Assembly (NCBI GenBank): GCA_040954595.2
Contig: JBECUI020000024.1
Coordinates: forward strand, 62,001-126,000
DNA from: Balanoglossus misakiensis
Taxonomy: Eukaryota; Animalia; Hemichordata
DNA: 64,000 bases
Reading direction: 5' to 3'
Part shown: positions 41,650 through 53,886 of the stretch, in pieces
Numbering within the stretch: the stretch's first letter is position 1
Layout of the letters: every line of letters starts with the position of its first letter
The notes under the pieces: generated by a model
Seen by the model: the letters and a program-made list of their open reading frames with translations, nothing else
Told to the model about the DNA's origin: nothing
The model's database searches: none
Position numbers and translations under genes: made by a program

Positions 41650-43303
41650 ATTCGGGAAGCACTCACCAAATTCCGTTCAGCTCCGCTGGCAATGTCCGAA
41701 GTCGGGAAGCACTCACAGAAATTCCGTTCAGTTCCGCTGGCAATGTCCGAATTCAGAAAGCACTCACACAATTCAGTTCAGCTCCGCTGGCAATGTCCGA
41801 AGTCGGGAAGCACTCACAGAAATTCCGTTCAGTTCCGCTGGCAATGTCCGAATTCAGAAAGCACTCACACAATTCAGTTCAGCTCCGCTGGCAATGTCCG
41901 AAGTCGGGAAGCACTCACAGAAATTCCGTTCAGTTCCGCTGGCAATGTCCGAATTCAGAAAGCACTCACACAATTCAGTTCAGCTCCGCTGGCAATGTCC
42001 GAAGTCGGGAAGCACTCACAGAAATTCCGTTCAGTTCCGCTGGCAATGTCCGAATTCAGAAAGCACTCACACAATTCAGTTCAGCTCCGCTGGCAATGTC
42101 CGAAGTCGGGAAGCACTCACAGAAATTCCGTTCAGTTCCGCTGGCAATGTCCGAATTCAGAAAGCACTCACACAATTCAGTTCAGCTCCGCTGGCAATGT
42201 CCGAAGTCGGGAAGCACTCACAGAAATTCCGTTCAGTTCCGCTGGCAATGTCCGAATTCAGAAAGCACTCACACAATTCAGTTCAGCTCCGCTGGCAATG
42301 TCCGAAGTCGGGAAGCACTCACAGAAATTCCGTTCAGTTCCGCTGGCAATGTCCGAATTCAGAAAGCACTCACACAATTCAGTTCAGCTCCGCTGGCAAT
42401 GTCCGAAGTCGGGAAGCACTCACAGAAATTCCGTTCAGTTCCGCTGGCAATGTCCGAATTCAGAAAGCACTCACACAATTCAGTTCAGCTCCGCTGGCAA
42501 TGTCCGAAGTCGGGAAGCACTCACAGAAATTCCGTTCAGTTCCGCTGGCAATGTCCGAATTCAGAAAGCACTCACACAATTCAGTTCAGCTCCGCTGGCA
42601 ATGTCCGAAGTCGGGAAGCACTCACAGAAATTCCGTTCAGTTCCGCTGGCAATGTCCGAATTCAGAAAGCACTCACACAATTCAGTTCAGCTCCGCTGGC
42701 AATGTCCGAAGTCGGGAAGCACTCACAGAAATTCCGTTCAGTTCCGCTGGCAATGTCCGAATTCAGAAAGCACTCACACAATTCAGTTCAGCTCCGCTGG
42801 CAATGTCCGAAGTCGGGAAGCACTCACAGAAATTCCGTTCAGTTCCGCTGGCAATGTCCGAATTCAGAAAGCACTCACACAATTCAGTTCAGCTCCGCTG
42901 GCAATGTCCGAAGTCGGGAAGCACTCACAGAAATTCCGTTCAGTTCCGCTGGCAATGTCCGAATTCAGAAAGCACTCACACAATTCAGTTCAGCTCCGCT
43001 GGCAATGTCCGAAGTCGGGAAGCACTCACAGAAATTCCGTTCAGTTCCGCTGGCAATGTCCGAATTCAGAAAGCACTCACACAATTCAGTTCAGCTCCGC
43101 TGGCAATGTCCGAAGTCGGGAAGCACTCACAGAAATTCCGTTCAGTTCCGCTGGCAATGTCCGAATTCAGAAAGCACTCACACAATTCAGTTCAGCTCCG
43201 CTGGCAATGTCCGAAGTCGGGAAGCACTCACAGAAATTCCGTTCAGTTCCGCTGGCAATGTCCGAATTCAGGAAGCACTCACCAAATTCCGTTCAGCTCC
43301 GCT
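41650..43303. repeat. 101-bp (51+50 dimer) tandem array, 16 units, inside LTR
   Basis: ATGTCCGAAGTCGGG recurs from 41692 to 43207 (15 x 101). Confidence 0.97.
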
Positions 43304-43470
43304 GCTGCCCCAGGAGGACTTCCCCCCCGACCCTTCACACCAGACTTAAATACTGTGGTGCGGATGAATACGGCAGTTCTATTTGCGCAAAGAGTGTACC
43401 CAGGTGTACCAGGCGTGTCATTAATTAGCGCCCCCCACGTCCGGATGGGCCAAAATATCATTATGTTACA

Positions 43471-44446
43471 TCAGCATGGATTTGTTAAAAATAGATCTAC
43501 CACAACCAACTTAGTGGCTTACACTGATTTCATTTCAGCTTCATTGAACAACAAAGAACAGGTAGATTCAATCTACACTGATTTTAGCAAGGCGTTTGAC
43601 AGTGTCTGTCACACACTACTGCTGTACAAAGCCGCCAAATTTGGTATATGTGGCAATTTGCACAGCTGGCTGGCGTCGTATCTCCATCTCAGACAACAGA
43701 GGGTGGTGTTTGGCAGTCACTCGTCAAACAGCTTCACTGCTACATCGGGGGTCCCACAAGGTTCACTCTTGGGGCCACTACTTTTTGTAATGTATATAAA
43801 TGATATATCACTGTTAGATATTTCTGCAAAGCTCAGCATGTATGCCGACGATGCTAAGATTTACCGTACCATCACCTCCTCCGCTGATTGTGACTTGTTA
43901 CAGAAAGACCTTGATAAATTTGCTCTCTGGTGTGACAACTGGAAGTTGTCACCTAATATCAATAAATGCAAATTCATCAGTTTCACCCTAAAGAAAAGGG
44001 TTATTTCATCTACTGACTACTCTATCAATGGCACTCCCCTTCAACGTGTTTCTGTAATCAAGGACTTGGGCATATACCTTACTTCTAATCTCAATTATTC
44101 TTTCCACATAAATAACACAGTTTCCAGAGCCTTCAAATCTCTGGGTTTTATTAAGCGCCTCTGCCAGCCTTTTAATGACATATCCGCTATTATTTCTCTA
44201 TATTTTGTTTATGTAACATCTATTCTAGAGTATGGCTCTGTTGTGTGGTCACCCCACCAAAAGGGCCTGTCAGACAAGATTGAGCGGAAACAAATTAAGT
44301 TTGTGAAGTACATTTGTTGCAAACTCAATATTCACTGCAGCAGGTCCAGCTACCCTATTTATTGTAGATTACTGAATATCCCAATGTTATATAACAGAAG
44401 ACTCACCCTTGACATGTTTTTTTATACAAAATTATCCACTCACAGT
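43471..44446 (+). pseudogene. CR1-like LINE reverse transcriptase fragment, duplicate, 3'-truncated
   Basis: QHGF, YTDFSKAFD, SGVPQGSLLGPLLF, YADD; near-identical to 53972-54947. Confidence 0.92.
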
Positions 44447-47400
44447 TGTCATGGCGTAGTAGACTTTCCATCACTTGCAAGAACATGGGTAACAGCGTAT
44501 TGGTTGGGTCTCTGCGGTTGGAATCTTCATTGAAGATATGTGCATAACTAAATCTGTCTGGAGGTTTGCGGATTCTACTCGATCGTCTCGGCAAGGTTCT
44601 GTCACTCACTTCAGTCTCTTGTTCACTCACTGCATTCGGGTCAACGGTTTCTTCGTCCTCCCCACCAACTTCGGTAGATATAGTATCGGCTATTTCATCC
44701 ACGGCAGTGTAATTCTGCCTCAGTTGATCTGGTAGATCTTCCTCTGTGGCTGTGGTAATATTGGAACTGGTGAAAGTCACATCGGCTGTTTTCTGCATCA
44801 GTTGATTGGATGAATTTTCTTCTGTGGCTGATTCTACACCACTGGAAGTCACCTCTGCGATTTTCTGCGCTGTTGTCGATGTAGTGTTGGCTGAATTCAG
44901 ACATCTCTCTGGTACTGACTTTGGCACTAAACCTTTACTATCAGTTTGTTGGGCAGGAATGAGGAGTTCCCACAATTCTTCTTCTTCTGTCTCATACAGG
45001 TCTCTGTCGTCTTCCTCCTTCTTTTGTCGTCGAGTTCTTAGTTCCTTCGGACTTGTGTTTTCTTGTTGGCTTTGTTTCAACGGTCTGTCCGGATAGGGTA
45101 TTGGTAACGAACTGCATGGTAACAAAAGATTTCTGTGGAGTGTTCTTTCCTTTCCATTTGGTCCCTCTGATTTTACAACATACACAGGGATATCTGGATT
45201 CACTCTTTTTACCACCCGGTAACGTTGTGCTTCCCATCTATCGGCTATCTTTTGTTTGCCTCGTAGGTTCACGTTCTTCACCAGTACTACATCTCCCGGT
45301 TCCAGTAGGGCTTCTGTAGTTTTCCTATCATAACGCTGTTTATTCTGATCGGCCAGCTCACCCGCCTTGGTCACTGCCAACTTGTAAGCTTCTGCCAATC
45401 GGTTCCGCATCTTACTAACATACTCGTCATAGTTGTTGTCTTCCGCTTCCTCCGATTGTAGACCCATATATACGTCGATGGCCAGTTTGGGGTGCCTACC
45501 ATACATCAGATAATAAGGAGCAAATCCGGTGCTGTCATTTCGGGTACAATTATAGGCATGGACTACAGCAGTAATGTGCTTCTTCCATTCTGCTTTCTTA
45601 TGTCTTGGTAATGTTCCCAGCATGTCAAGAAGGGTTCTGTTGAATCGTTCGCATTGTCCATTCCCCTGCGGATGATATGGCGTCGTTCTACTCTTTTCAA
45701 TTCCCACCAAATCACAGAGTTGTCTGATGACCCGAGATTCGAACTCTCTGCCTTGATCCGAATGTAATTTCCCGGGTAATCCATAGTGAAGGAGGAAGTG
45801 GTTATATAAATACTCTGCCGTTGTTTTGGCCTTTTGGTTTGGAGTTGGAATGGCTACTGCATATCTGGTGAAATGGTCAGTTATTACGAGGACACTGGCT
45901 ACCCCTCCTTTTCCATCTTCAATGGTTAAGTAATCCATACATAGTAATTCAAGCGGTTGGGTTGTTTTGATGCTGGTAAGTGGAGCGACTTCTTGCTGGT
46001 TGCTTTGCAGTTTCCGTCGAGTGCATCTTTCACACGTCTTTATTTTCTGTTCGACATCTCGGCTCATGAAGGGCCAGTAAAACCTCGCTCTGAGTAGTTC
46101 CAGGGTGCGTTCTTGACCCAAGTGTCCAACATCGTCATGTACACCTTCCAAAGCCGTCCCACGATATGTTGTAGGTAATACCAGCTGATACTTCGTTTTT
46201 CCATCCATTCCAGTACGCTTTCTGTGTAACACATCCTGTCTGAAACATAATCTGCTCCACTCCCTCAGTCCTGCTTTCACACCATTGGTTTCTTGGCTTC
46301 TTTCCACTTTTGTAGGAGGCCGTTTCCGTTCACAGAATCGATATAGCGGTCCAATTTCAGGGTCCGTTTGTTGTAATTGTTTCCACTCTTGCATGGTTAC
46401 TGCTGGTAAGGAAATCATTCCTGGAGCTACAGGAGGTTCACCCAAACTCTCTGGAATTGCTGTCTGCATACATGTTATAGCTTCTACCCAGGGACTGTTG
46501 GACACATGTTGGCTCATGGCTTTTACTTCATCAGGTGACACTCGTACTGGTTCCTTGTTCATTAAGTTTCTGCAGCTCTCATCCACATCCATTTCTCCAA
46601 CACATCCTTGTCGGGAAAGTCCATCAGCATCTTGGTTTTTTCGTCCAGGTCTGTACATCAACTCAAAATTGTAGGTCGCTAGTGCTGCTAACCACCGATG
46701 GCCAGTGGCATCCAGTTTTGCGGTTGTGTTCACGTAAGTCAGGGGATTATTATCAGTTACCACAACGAATTTATGCCCATAGAGATAGTCGTGGAACTTC
46801 TCAGATACTGCCCACTTTAAGGCCAGAAACTCCAATTTATGGGATGGATAGTTCCTCTCGCTCCTTGAAAGTGACCGGCTTGCATACATGATAACTCGCT
46901 TCTCTTTCCCTTCTCCTTGGTATAGCACAGCACCCAGGCCAATGGAACTTGCATCTATGTGTAACTCGAAGGGCTTCGTATAATCTGCATAGGCCAACAC
47001 AGGAGGATTCGTCAGTCTGTCAATTACGGCATCAAATGCCTGTTGATGTTCATCAGTCCACTTGAATTCCGGGACACGTCTTCGGTTCTCAGCCTGGTGT
47101 TTCCGTTTTGTGGGTAGACCAACTGTCAGTTCATTCAGGGGCTTCACTAACTTAGCATATCCCTCCACAAATCGGCGGTAGTAACCAGCAAACCCAAGGA
47201 ACTGTTTTACTTCTTTGGCGGTCGTAGGTACTTTCCATTTCTTCAACGCTGCTATCTTATCTGGATCTGTTTCGATTCCTCCTTCTGATACTAAATGTCC
47301 CAAGTACTTCACTCGACATCTTAGCAACTGACACTTGCTGGGTTTAAGTTTCAGTCCCTTTTCCTTTAATCTATCCAGGACCTGGGCTAACCGCTCTAGA

Positions 47401-47936
47401 TGTTCTTCGAAAGTACGGGAGAAGATTATTATGTCATCCAGGTATACCAAACAAATATTCAAATGTAAGTCCCCCAAGCATTTCTCCATACATCTTTGGA
47501 AAGTAGCTGGACTTCCTGTTAAACCAATAGGCATAGTGGTACATTCCCAGAATCCAACAGGAGTAACAAATGCTGTTTTCTCTATGTCTTCCTCTGCCAT
47601 ACCTATTTGCCAATATCCGGACTTCAAATCTAGGGACGAAAACCATTTTGCGCCTCCTAGTGCATCAAGACTTTCGTCAATTCTTGGTAATGCATACGAA
47701 TCTCGGATGGTACGAGCGTTGAGTTTCCTATAATCTATACACAATCTGGTATGTCCATCTTTCTTCTGCACCAACACTATCGGCGCTGCCCATGGACTAT
47801 ACGATTCTCTGATGACACCACTTTCCAACATCCCTTTTATAACTTGTCGGACTTCTTCGTACATAGCTGGCGGTATCCGTCTGTATCTTTCTTTGATAGG
47901 CTGGTCATCTGTTAACCGTATGCGATGCTTCTCCAC
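44447..47936 (-). CDS. pol: Ty3/Gypsy pol: RT-RNaseH-integrase (C-terminus fused to antisense LINE)
   Basis: SPWAAPIVLV, RLCIDYRKLN, LDLKSGYWQI, YLDD, DASSIGLGAVL, IN HDDVGH..CERC, CMDY, HSDQG, YHPQGNGQCER. Confidence 0.93.
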
Positions 47937-47957
47937 CGAACAATACCCCAGATCATT

Positions 47958-50504
47958 TTAATGTAATGAAAATGCAGTAAGTTTCCGCTGCAGGTGGTCA
48001 CGAACTTGTTGTAGCTGGGATTCACTGGTTGGCGAGTCAGACATATCGAATTCCACACCATCCCCTAGGGTAATCTTCCGTGCTTCTGGTGGTTTCACTT
48101 CATGTGGAACTGTGTCAATTGTGGGTTGGTCTACTTCACTTTGCGGATTACTGTCTTGTGGTCGTTCATCGGGACGTCCAAGCCAGGTGACGGCATACGC
48201 TCGAGCTACCACTTCACCTGGTCGAATGATTACTGGGGAACTTGAAACATTTTGTACACGGATAGGTACCTTTGATTTCGTCTGTTGGCACTTCAGGACA
48301 GCAACTGCCGGACTCGTGGTAAACTGGCCTGTCATCTCACCAGTGGGCTCTACCGCAACTACATACTGATCACCCGTGGGTCCTTTTCTAGCACGTCCCC
48401 AAATCGTTGTCATACATCCAGGTTCCAACTTCATCGGATAGCGTAGTAATGCTTTGATACATCCCAGGTCCCCTTTCGGTCCAACAAATCTGTCTCTGGC
48501 CTCAAGTTTTTTAAATACTCCTTTTCCTATTGCAGATATTCTCATCGCCCGTACCCCTTTCTGATGCTTGGAATCAAAGAACCCCCTCGGCAACAGCTCT
48601 AGTAGGTTGGTTCCTATTAATATTGGTACGTTTGTATTATACTCCGTTGTTGGCACTACTAAGGCAGGAATAGAGTACTCACTGTTATCTCCGAAAACTT
48701 CAATTGGAAATGACATCCCCACTTCTACGATACCAAGAAAAGGTATGGGTTGATCATTGGCACCTTTGATCTCAAGTGCATCTTCTGTTGACTGGATTGG
48801 TCTGTCGGATAACCATTCGTGGTAGAAGTCCGAACCAATAGTAGTAACTTGGGACCCTGTGTCAATCAAACATGTCACGTCTTTCCCTTCCACCAATACA
48901 GTTCCTTCCATGGCTCCACCAATAAGTCCAACTCGCTTCGGTTGAATCTGGATTGGTTTCCTTCCAACACGAGCTTTGTGTAACTTGCACATGTTCAATC
49001 TGGACGAGGTTTTGGGTGTTTCGACACGTCTCTGTCTACACTGCCTGGCCAAATGTCCCACTTCTCCACAGTTGTAACAGGATCGATTTTCAACGTTCTT
49101 GGGTTTTGGGCAGTTCTGGGCAAAATGTCCCTGCTCTCTGCAATTGTAACAGACTATGTAATTCAAGGATGAGGGTTGTGATAAATCTCTCTGGGATTTT
49201 CTTACCGGACAGGTTCCAGACACCACAGGCCGCGACGACATTCCAACTGAGGTTCTCAATTCATCCCACTGTTGTTTAGTTTGTCGCAGTTCATCTTCCA
49301 GGTGCTTCATACTTTCCGCTTGCCTTCTGACCACCTCTGTAAGATCATGAATTTCCTTCACAGCCATCTGGACGGTCTTCGCTGTCTGTTTGTCCGTACC
49401 CTTCACCTCCTCAACAGTTGGTGTCATCAGTTGAGTTCTGCCTCTGACTGCTACCTTCCCTCTATTGTCATTGGTTCTTTCTTTGGCTTCTTGCTCCACA
49501 TTCCGGGCTAGGTGAATCAGCTGTTCAAAGTTAGTGTTTCGACTAATTTCTGGGCGCAGAACATCAAATATACGATCGGATTGCAATCCTCTCCAAAATA
49601 CCGTTTTCAAGGTTTCTTCTATTGCCCCCTGTGTTATACCACCTCGTCTTCGGACTGCATGAATTTCCCCTTCTAATCGATTCGCATACCGTGACACACT
49701 CTCATCATCTCTCTGTCGGTTATTCCGATAAAATCTCTCCAACAGCATAGCTCCGGACTCAATTTCCCCAAAACTGGTGTCTAATTTGTGTAAAATGTGA
49801 TCCAAAGTTGCATTTTGATCCAAATTCATTACTAACCGGCTTGCAGATCCTCGCAACGACTTGCGCACTGCCTGTAGAACTGCTCTGGGGCTGTGGGTTT
49901 GATCTTGCAGCAAACACTCCACTTCGTACTTCCACAACTCGAAATCAGCATCAGTTTTCCGGTCAGCATCTCCAGAAAAGGTGGACAGCCTTGGAGGTTG
50001 ATACAGAGCCAACGGCACAGCACCACTTGGGGATATTGGCACAGCACCACTTGTGTTATTAACTGCAATACCATGACCGTCTCTTCTTCTAGTGGTAGTT
50101 TCCTGTTGATTGACTGACATATCAATTAGGGCTTCATTTCCACACACTGACCCACCTTGTAGTTCAGCTCTAATATTGTCTTCCTCCTCTTTCAATTCTT
50201 GTTGTCTTCTAAGCAGCAGTTTCATTCTCTCGATTTCGATTTCTCTCTGCCGTAGTGTCTGCTGGAAATCATCCAGTCTGGCTTTTGTGGCTTTCTCTGC
50301 TTCCAACAAATTCTGCAAGGGTTGCATCCTGTCTTCTGGTGGAGTTACTGGAGAACGGAATGCACCACGACCTCTGGCCTGTCGTATTCCACCCACTGAC
50401 TGTGAAAGTTCTCGGCGTCGAGGAATAGTTCCGGTATTAGGGGTAGCCATCTCCTCCTTCAAAATACTGTCAATATCTAAATGCGTTGCCATATCGAATA
50501 TCAA
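47958..50504 (-). CDS. gag: Gypsy gag (PNMA-like capsid, two CCHC knuckles) + aspartic protease
   Basis: PRLSTFSG..FELW, CYNCREQGHFAQNC, CYNCGEVGHLARQC, LIDTGSQVT. Same frame as pol, separated by a single TAA. Confidence 0.92.
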   Translation of the reverse strand: MIFDMATHLDIDSILKEEMATPNTGTIPRRRELSQSVGGIRQARGRGAFRSPVTPPEDRMQPLQNLLEAEKATKARLDDFQQTLRQREIEIERMKLLLRRQQELKEEEDNIRAELQGGSVCGNEALIDMSVNQQETTTRRRDGHGIAVNNTSGAVPISPSGAVPLALYQPPRLSTFSGDADRKTDADFELWKYEVECLLQDQTHSPRAVLQAVRKSLRGSASRLVMNLDQNATLDHILHKLDTSFGEIESGAMLLERFYRNNRQRDDESVSRYANRLEGEIHAVRRRGGITQGAIEETLKTVFWRGLQSDRIFDVLRPEISRNTNFEQLIHLARNVEQEAKERTNDNRGKVAVRGRTQLMTPTVEEVKGTDKQTAKTVQMAVKEIHDLTEVVRRQAESMKHLEDELRQTKQQWDELRTSVGMSSRPVVSGTCPVRKSQRDLSQPSSLNYIVCYNCREQGHFAQNCPKPKNVENRSCYNCGEVGHLARQCRQRRVETPKTSSRLNMCKLHKARVGRKPIQIQPKRVGLIGGAMEGTVLVEGKDVTCLIDTGSQVTTIGSDFYHEWLSDRPIQSTEDALEIKGANDQPIPFLGIVEVGMSFPIEVFGDNSEYSIPALVVPTTEYNTNVPILIGTNLLELLPRGFFDSKHQKGVRAMRISAIGKGVFKKLEARDRFVGPKGDLGCIKALLRYPMKLEPGCMTTIWGRARKGPTGDQYVVAVEPTGEMTGQFTTSPAVAVLKCQQTKSKVPIRVQNVSSSPVIIRPGEVVARAYAVTWLGRPDERPQDSNPQSEVDQPTIDTVPHEVKPPEARKITLGDGVEFDMSDSPTSESQLQQVRDHLQRKLTAFSLH

Positions 50505-50603
50505 AAATCAGAATTGTACAAAAATTCTCTGCCTTATTCTGCCCAATTTCCCGACACACCACACATACATAGCCAACCAACACAAAGTATTACCGACCCC
50601 AAA

Positions 50604-50621
50604 GCCCCACGTTGGGCGCCA
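50604..50621 (-). other. Primer-binding site, tRNA-Lys(CUU)
   Basis: Minus strand TGGCGCCCAACGTGGGGC, the classic 18-nt Lys1,2 PBS, 4 nt from the LTR end. Confidence 0.92.
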
Positions 50622-50809
50622 TTTATGTAGCCACTTTCGTTCCGGCTAACGTTGGAATGAGCATGAAAACATAAAATATTTCCACGGGCAGTCAGTCTGG
50701 GGTTCGGTGATTGACAATTTTCCTGTACATATGAATTATAGGTGGGTGGGGAGTAGAAAGCAGAAAAGACAATACACTATAGGATTTTCTTCTTATGAAG
50801 ATATATTAC

Positions 50810-51238
50810 GTCATTAAATCTATCCAAATAAAGTTGTCAAAAAATATGAAAGACAAACACAATTGCTAATTAATGGTCCACGTTCAGTTCTGCTGATGTC
50901 ATTAAATCTATCCAAATAAAGTCGTCACAAAATATGAAAGACAAACACAATTGCTAATTAATGGTCCACGTTCAGTTCTGCTGATGTCATTAAATCTATC
51001 CAAATAAAGTCGTCACAAAATATGAAAGACAAACACAATTGCTAATTAATGGTCCACGTTCAGTTCTGCTGATGTCATTAAATCTATCCAAATAAAGTCG
51101 TCACAAAATATGAAAGACAAACACAATTGACAATTAACGGTCAACGTTCAGTTCTGCTGACGTCCTTAAATCTATCCAAATAAAGTTGTCAAAAAATATG
51201 AAAGACAAACACAATTGACAATTACGTTCCGTTCTGTT
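50810..51238. repeat. 88-bp tandem repeat (4 full + 1 partial)
   Basis: Units at 50810, 50898, 50986, 51074, 51162. Confidence 0.92.
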
Positions 51239-51342
51239 GGCAGTTCGAATTCACGAAGCACTCACAAAAAATTTCGCATTCCGAATGTCCGAAGTCTCAC
51301 AGCGCTCACCAAATTCCGTTCCGCTCAGCTGGCAAGGTCTGA

Positions 51343-53804
51343 ATTAGGGAAGCACTCACCAAATTCCGTTCAGCTCCGCTGGCAATGTCCGAAGTCGGGA
51401 AGCACTCACAGAAATTCCGTTCAGTTCCGCTGGCAATGTCCGAATTCAGAAAGCACTCACACAATTCAGTTCAGCTCCGCTGGCAATGTCCGAAGTCGGG
51501 AAGCACTCACAGAAATTCCGTTCAGTTCCGCTGGCAATGTCCGAATTCAGAAAGCACTCACACAATTCAGTTCAGCTCCGCTGGCAATGTCCGAAGTCGG
51601 GAAGCACTCACAGAAATTCCGTTCAGTTCCGCTGGCAATGTCCGAATTCAGAAAGCACTCACACAATTCAGTTCAGCTCCGCTGGCAATGTCCGAAGTCG
51701 GGAAGCACTCACAGAAATTCCGTTCAGTTCCGCTGGCAATGTCCGAATTCAGAAAGCACTCACACAATTCAGTTCAGCTCCGCTGGCAATGTCCGAAGTC
51801 GGGAAGCACTCACAGAAATTCCGTTCAGTTCCGCTGGCAATGTCCGAATTCAGAAAGCACTCACACAATTCAGTTCAGCTCCGCTGGCAATGTCCGAAGT
51901 CGGGAAGCACTCACAGAAATTCCGTTCAGTTCCGCTGGCAATGTCCGAATTCAGAAAGCACTCACACAATTCAGTTCAGCTCCGCTGGCAATGTCCGAAG
52001 TCGGGAAGCACTCACAGAAATTCCGTTCAGTTCCGCTGGCAATGTCCGAATTCAGAAAGCACTCACACAATTCAGTTCAGCTCCGCTGGCAATGTCCGAA
52101 GTCGGGAAGCACTCACAGAAATTCCGTTCAGTTCCGCTGGCAATGTCCGAATTCAGAAAGCACTCACACAATTCAGTTCAGCTCCGCTGGCAATGTCCGA
52201 AGTCGGGAAGCACTCACAGAAATTCCGTTCAGTTCCGCTGGCAATGTCCGAATTCAGAAAGCACTCACACAATTCAGTTCAGCTCCGCTGGCAATGTCCG
52301 AAGTCGGGAAGCACTCACAGAAATTCCGTTCAGTTCCGCTGGCAATGTCCGAATTCAGAAAGCACTCACACAATTCAGTTCAGCTCCGCTGGCAATGTCC
52401 GAAGTCGGGAAGCACTCACAGAAATTCCGTTCAGTTCCGCTGGCAATGTCCGAATTCAGAAAGCACTCACACAATTCAGTTCAGCTCCGCTGGCAATGTC
52501 CGAAGTCGGGAAGCACTCACAGAAATTCCGTTCAGTTCCGCTGGCAATGTCCGAATTCAGAAAGCACTCACACAATTCAGTTCAGCTCCGCTGGCAATGT
52601 CCGAAGTCGGGAAGCACTCACAGAAATTCCGTTCAGTTCCGCTGGCAATGTCCGAATTCAGAAAGCACTCACACAATTCAGTTCAGCTCCGCTGGCAATG
52701 TCCGAAGTCGGGAAGCACTCACAGAAATTCCGTTCAGTTCCGCTGGCAATGTCCGAATTCAGAAAGCACTCACACAATTCAGTTCAGCTCCGCTGGCAAT
52801 GTCCGAAGTCGGGAAGCACTCACAGAAATTCCGTTCAGTTCCGCTGGCAATGTCCGAATTCAGAAAGCACTCACACAATTCAGTTCAGCTCCGCTGGCAA
52901 TGTCCGAAGTCGGGAAGCACTCACAGAAATTCCGTTCAGTTCCGCTGGCAATGTCCGAATTCAGAAAGCACTCACACAATTCAGTTCAGCTCCGCTGGCA
53001 ATGTCCGAAGTCGGGAAGCACTCACAGAAATTCCGTTCAGTTCCGCTGGCAATGTCCGAATTCAGAAAGCACTCACACAATTCAGTTCAGCTCCGCTGGC
53101 AATGTCCGAAGTCGGGAAGCACTCACAGAAATTCCGTTCAGTTCCGCTGGCAATGTCCGAATTCAGAAAGCACTCACACAATTCAGTTCAGCTCCGCTGG
53201 CAATGTCCGAAGTCGGGAAGCACTCACAGAAATTCCGTTCAGTTCCGCTGGCAATGTCCGAATTCAGAAAGCACTCACACAATTCAGTTCAGCTCCGCTG
53301 GCAATGTCCGAAGTCGGGAAGCACTCACAGAAATTCCGTTCAGTTCCGCTGGCAATGTCCGAATTCAGAAAGCACTCACACAATTCAGTTCAGCTCCGCT
53401 GGCAATGTCCGAAGTCGGGAAGCACTCACAGAAATTCCGTTCAGTTCCGCTGGCAATGTCCGAATTCAGAAAGCACTCACACAATTCAGTTCAGCTCCGC
53501 TGGCAATGTCCGAAGTCGGGAAGCACTCACAGAAATTCCGTTCAGTTCCGCTGGCAATGTCCGAATTCAGAAAGCACTCACACAATTCAGTTCAGCTCCG
53601 CTGGCAATGTCCGAAGTCGGGAAGCACTCACAGAAATTCCGTTCAGTTCCGCTGGCAATGTCCGAATTCAGAAAGCACTCACACAATTCAGTTCAGCTCC
53701 GCTGGCAATGTCCGAAGTCGGGAAGCACTCACAGAAATTCCGTTCAGTTCCGCTGGCAATGTCCGAATTCAGGAAGCACTCACCAAATTCCGTTCAGCTC
53801 CGCT
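51343..53804. repeat. 101-bp tandem array, 24 units
   Basis: ATGTCCGAAGTCGGG recurs from 51385 to 53708 (23 x 101). Confidence 0.97.
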
Positions 53805-53845
53805 GCTGCCCCAGGAGGACTTCCCCCCCGACCCTTCACACCAGA

Positions 53846-53886
53846 CTTAAATACTGTGGTGCGGATGAATACGGCAGTTCTATTGG
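53846..53886 (-). promoter_or_regulatory. Putative Gypsy LTR promoter (CCAAT + TATTTAA)
   Basis: Minus-strand CCAAT at 53886-53882 and TATTTAAG at 53853-53846, within 130 bp of the LTR start. Confidence 0.4.

Larger units (their letters stand above)
41021..43470 (-). repeat. Gypsy LTR (2450 bp) in solo-LTR configuration
   Basis: TGTAGCC...TGTTACA, flanked on both sides by TCAG and contiguous LINE sequence; matches 50626-53971. Confidence 0.9.

Noticed and set aside
41650-43303. Regular short repeats next to a reverse transcriptase, suggesting a CRISPR-, retron- or DGR-like system
   Set aside because: No unique spacers, no cas or accessory genes. The RT is a eukaryotic CR1-like fragment and the array lies inside a Gypsy LTR.
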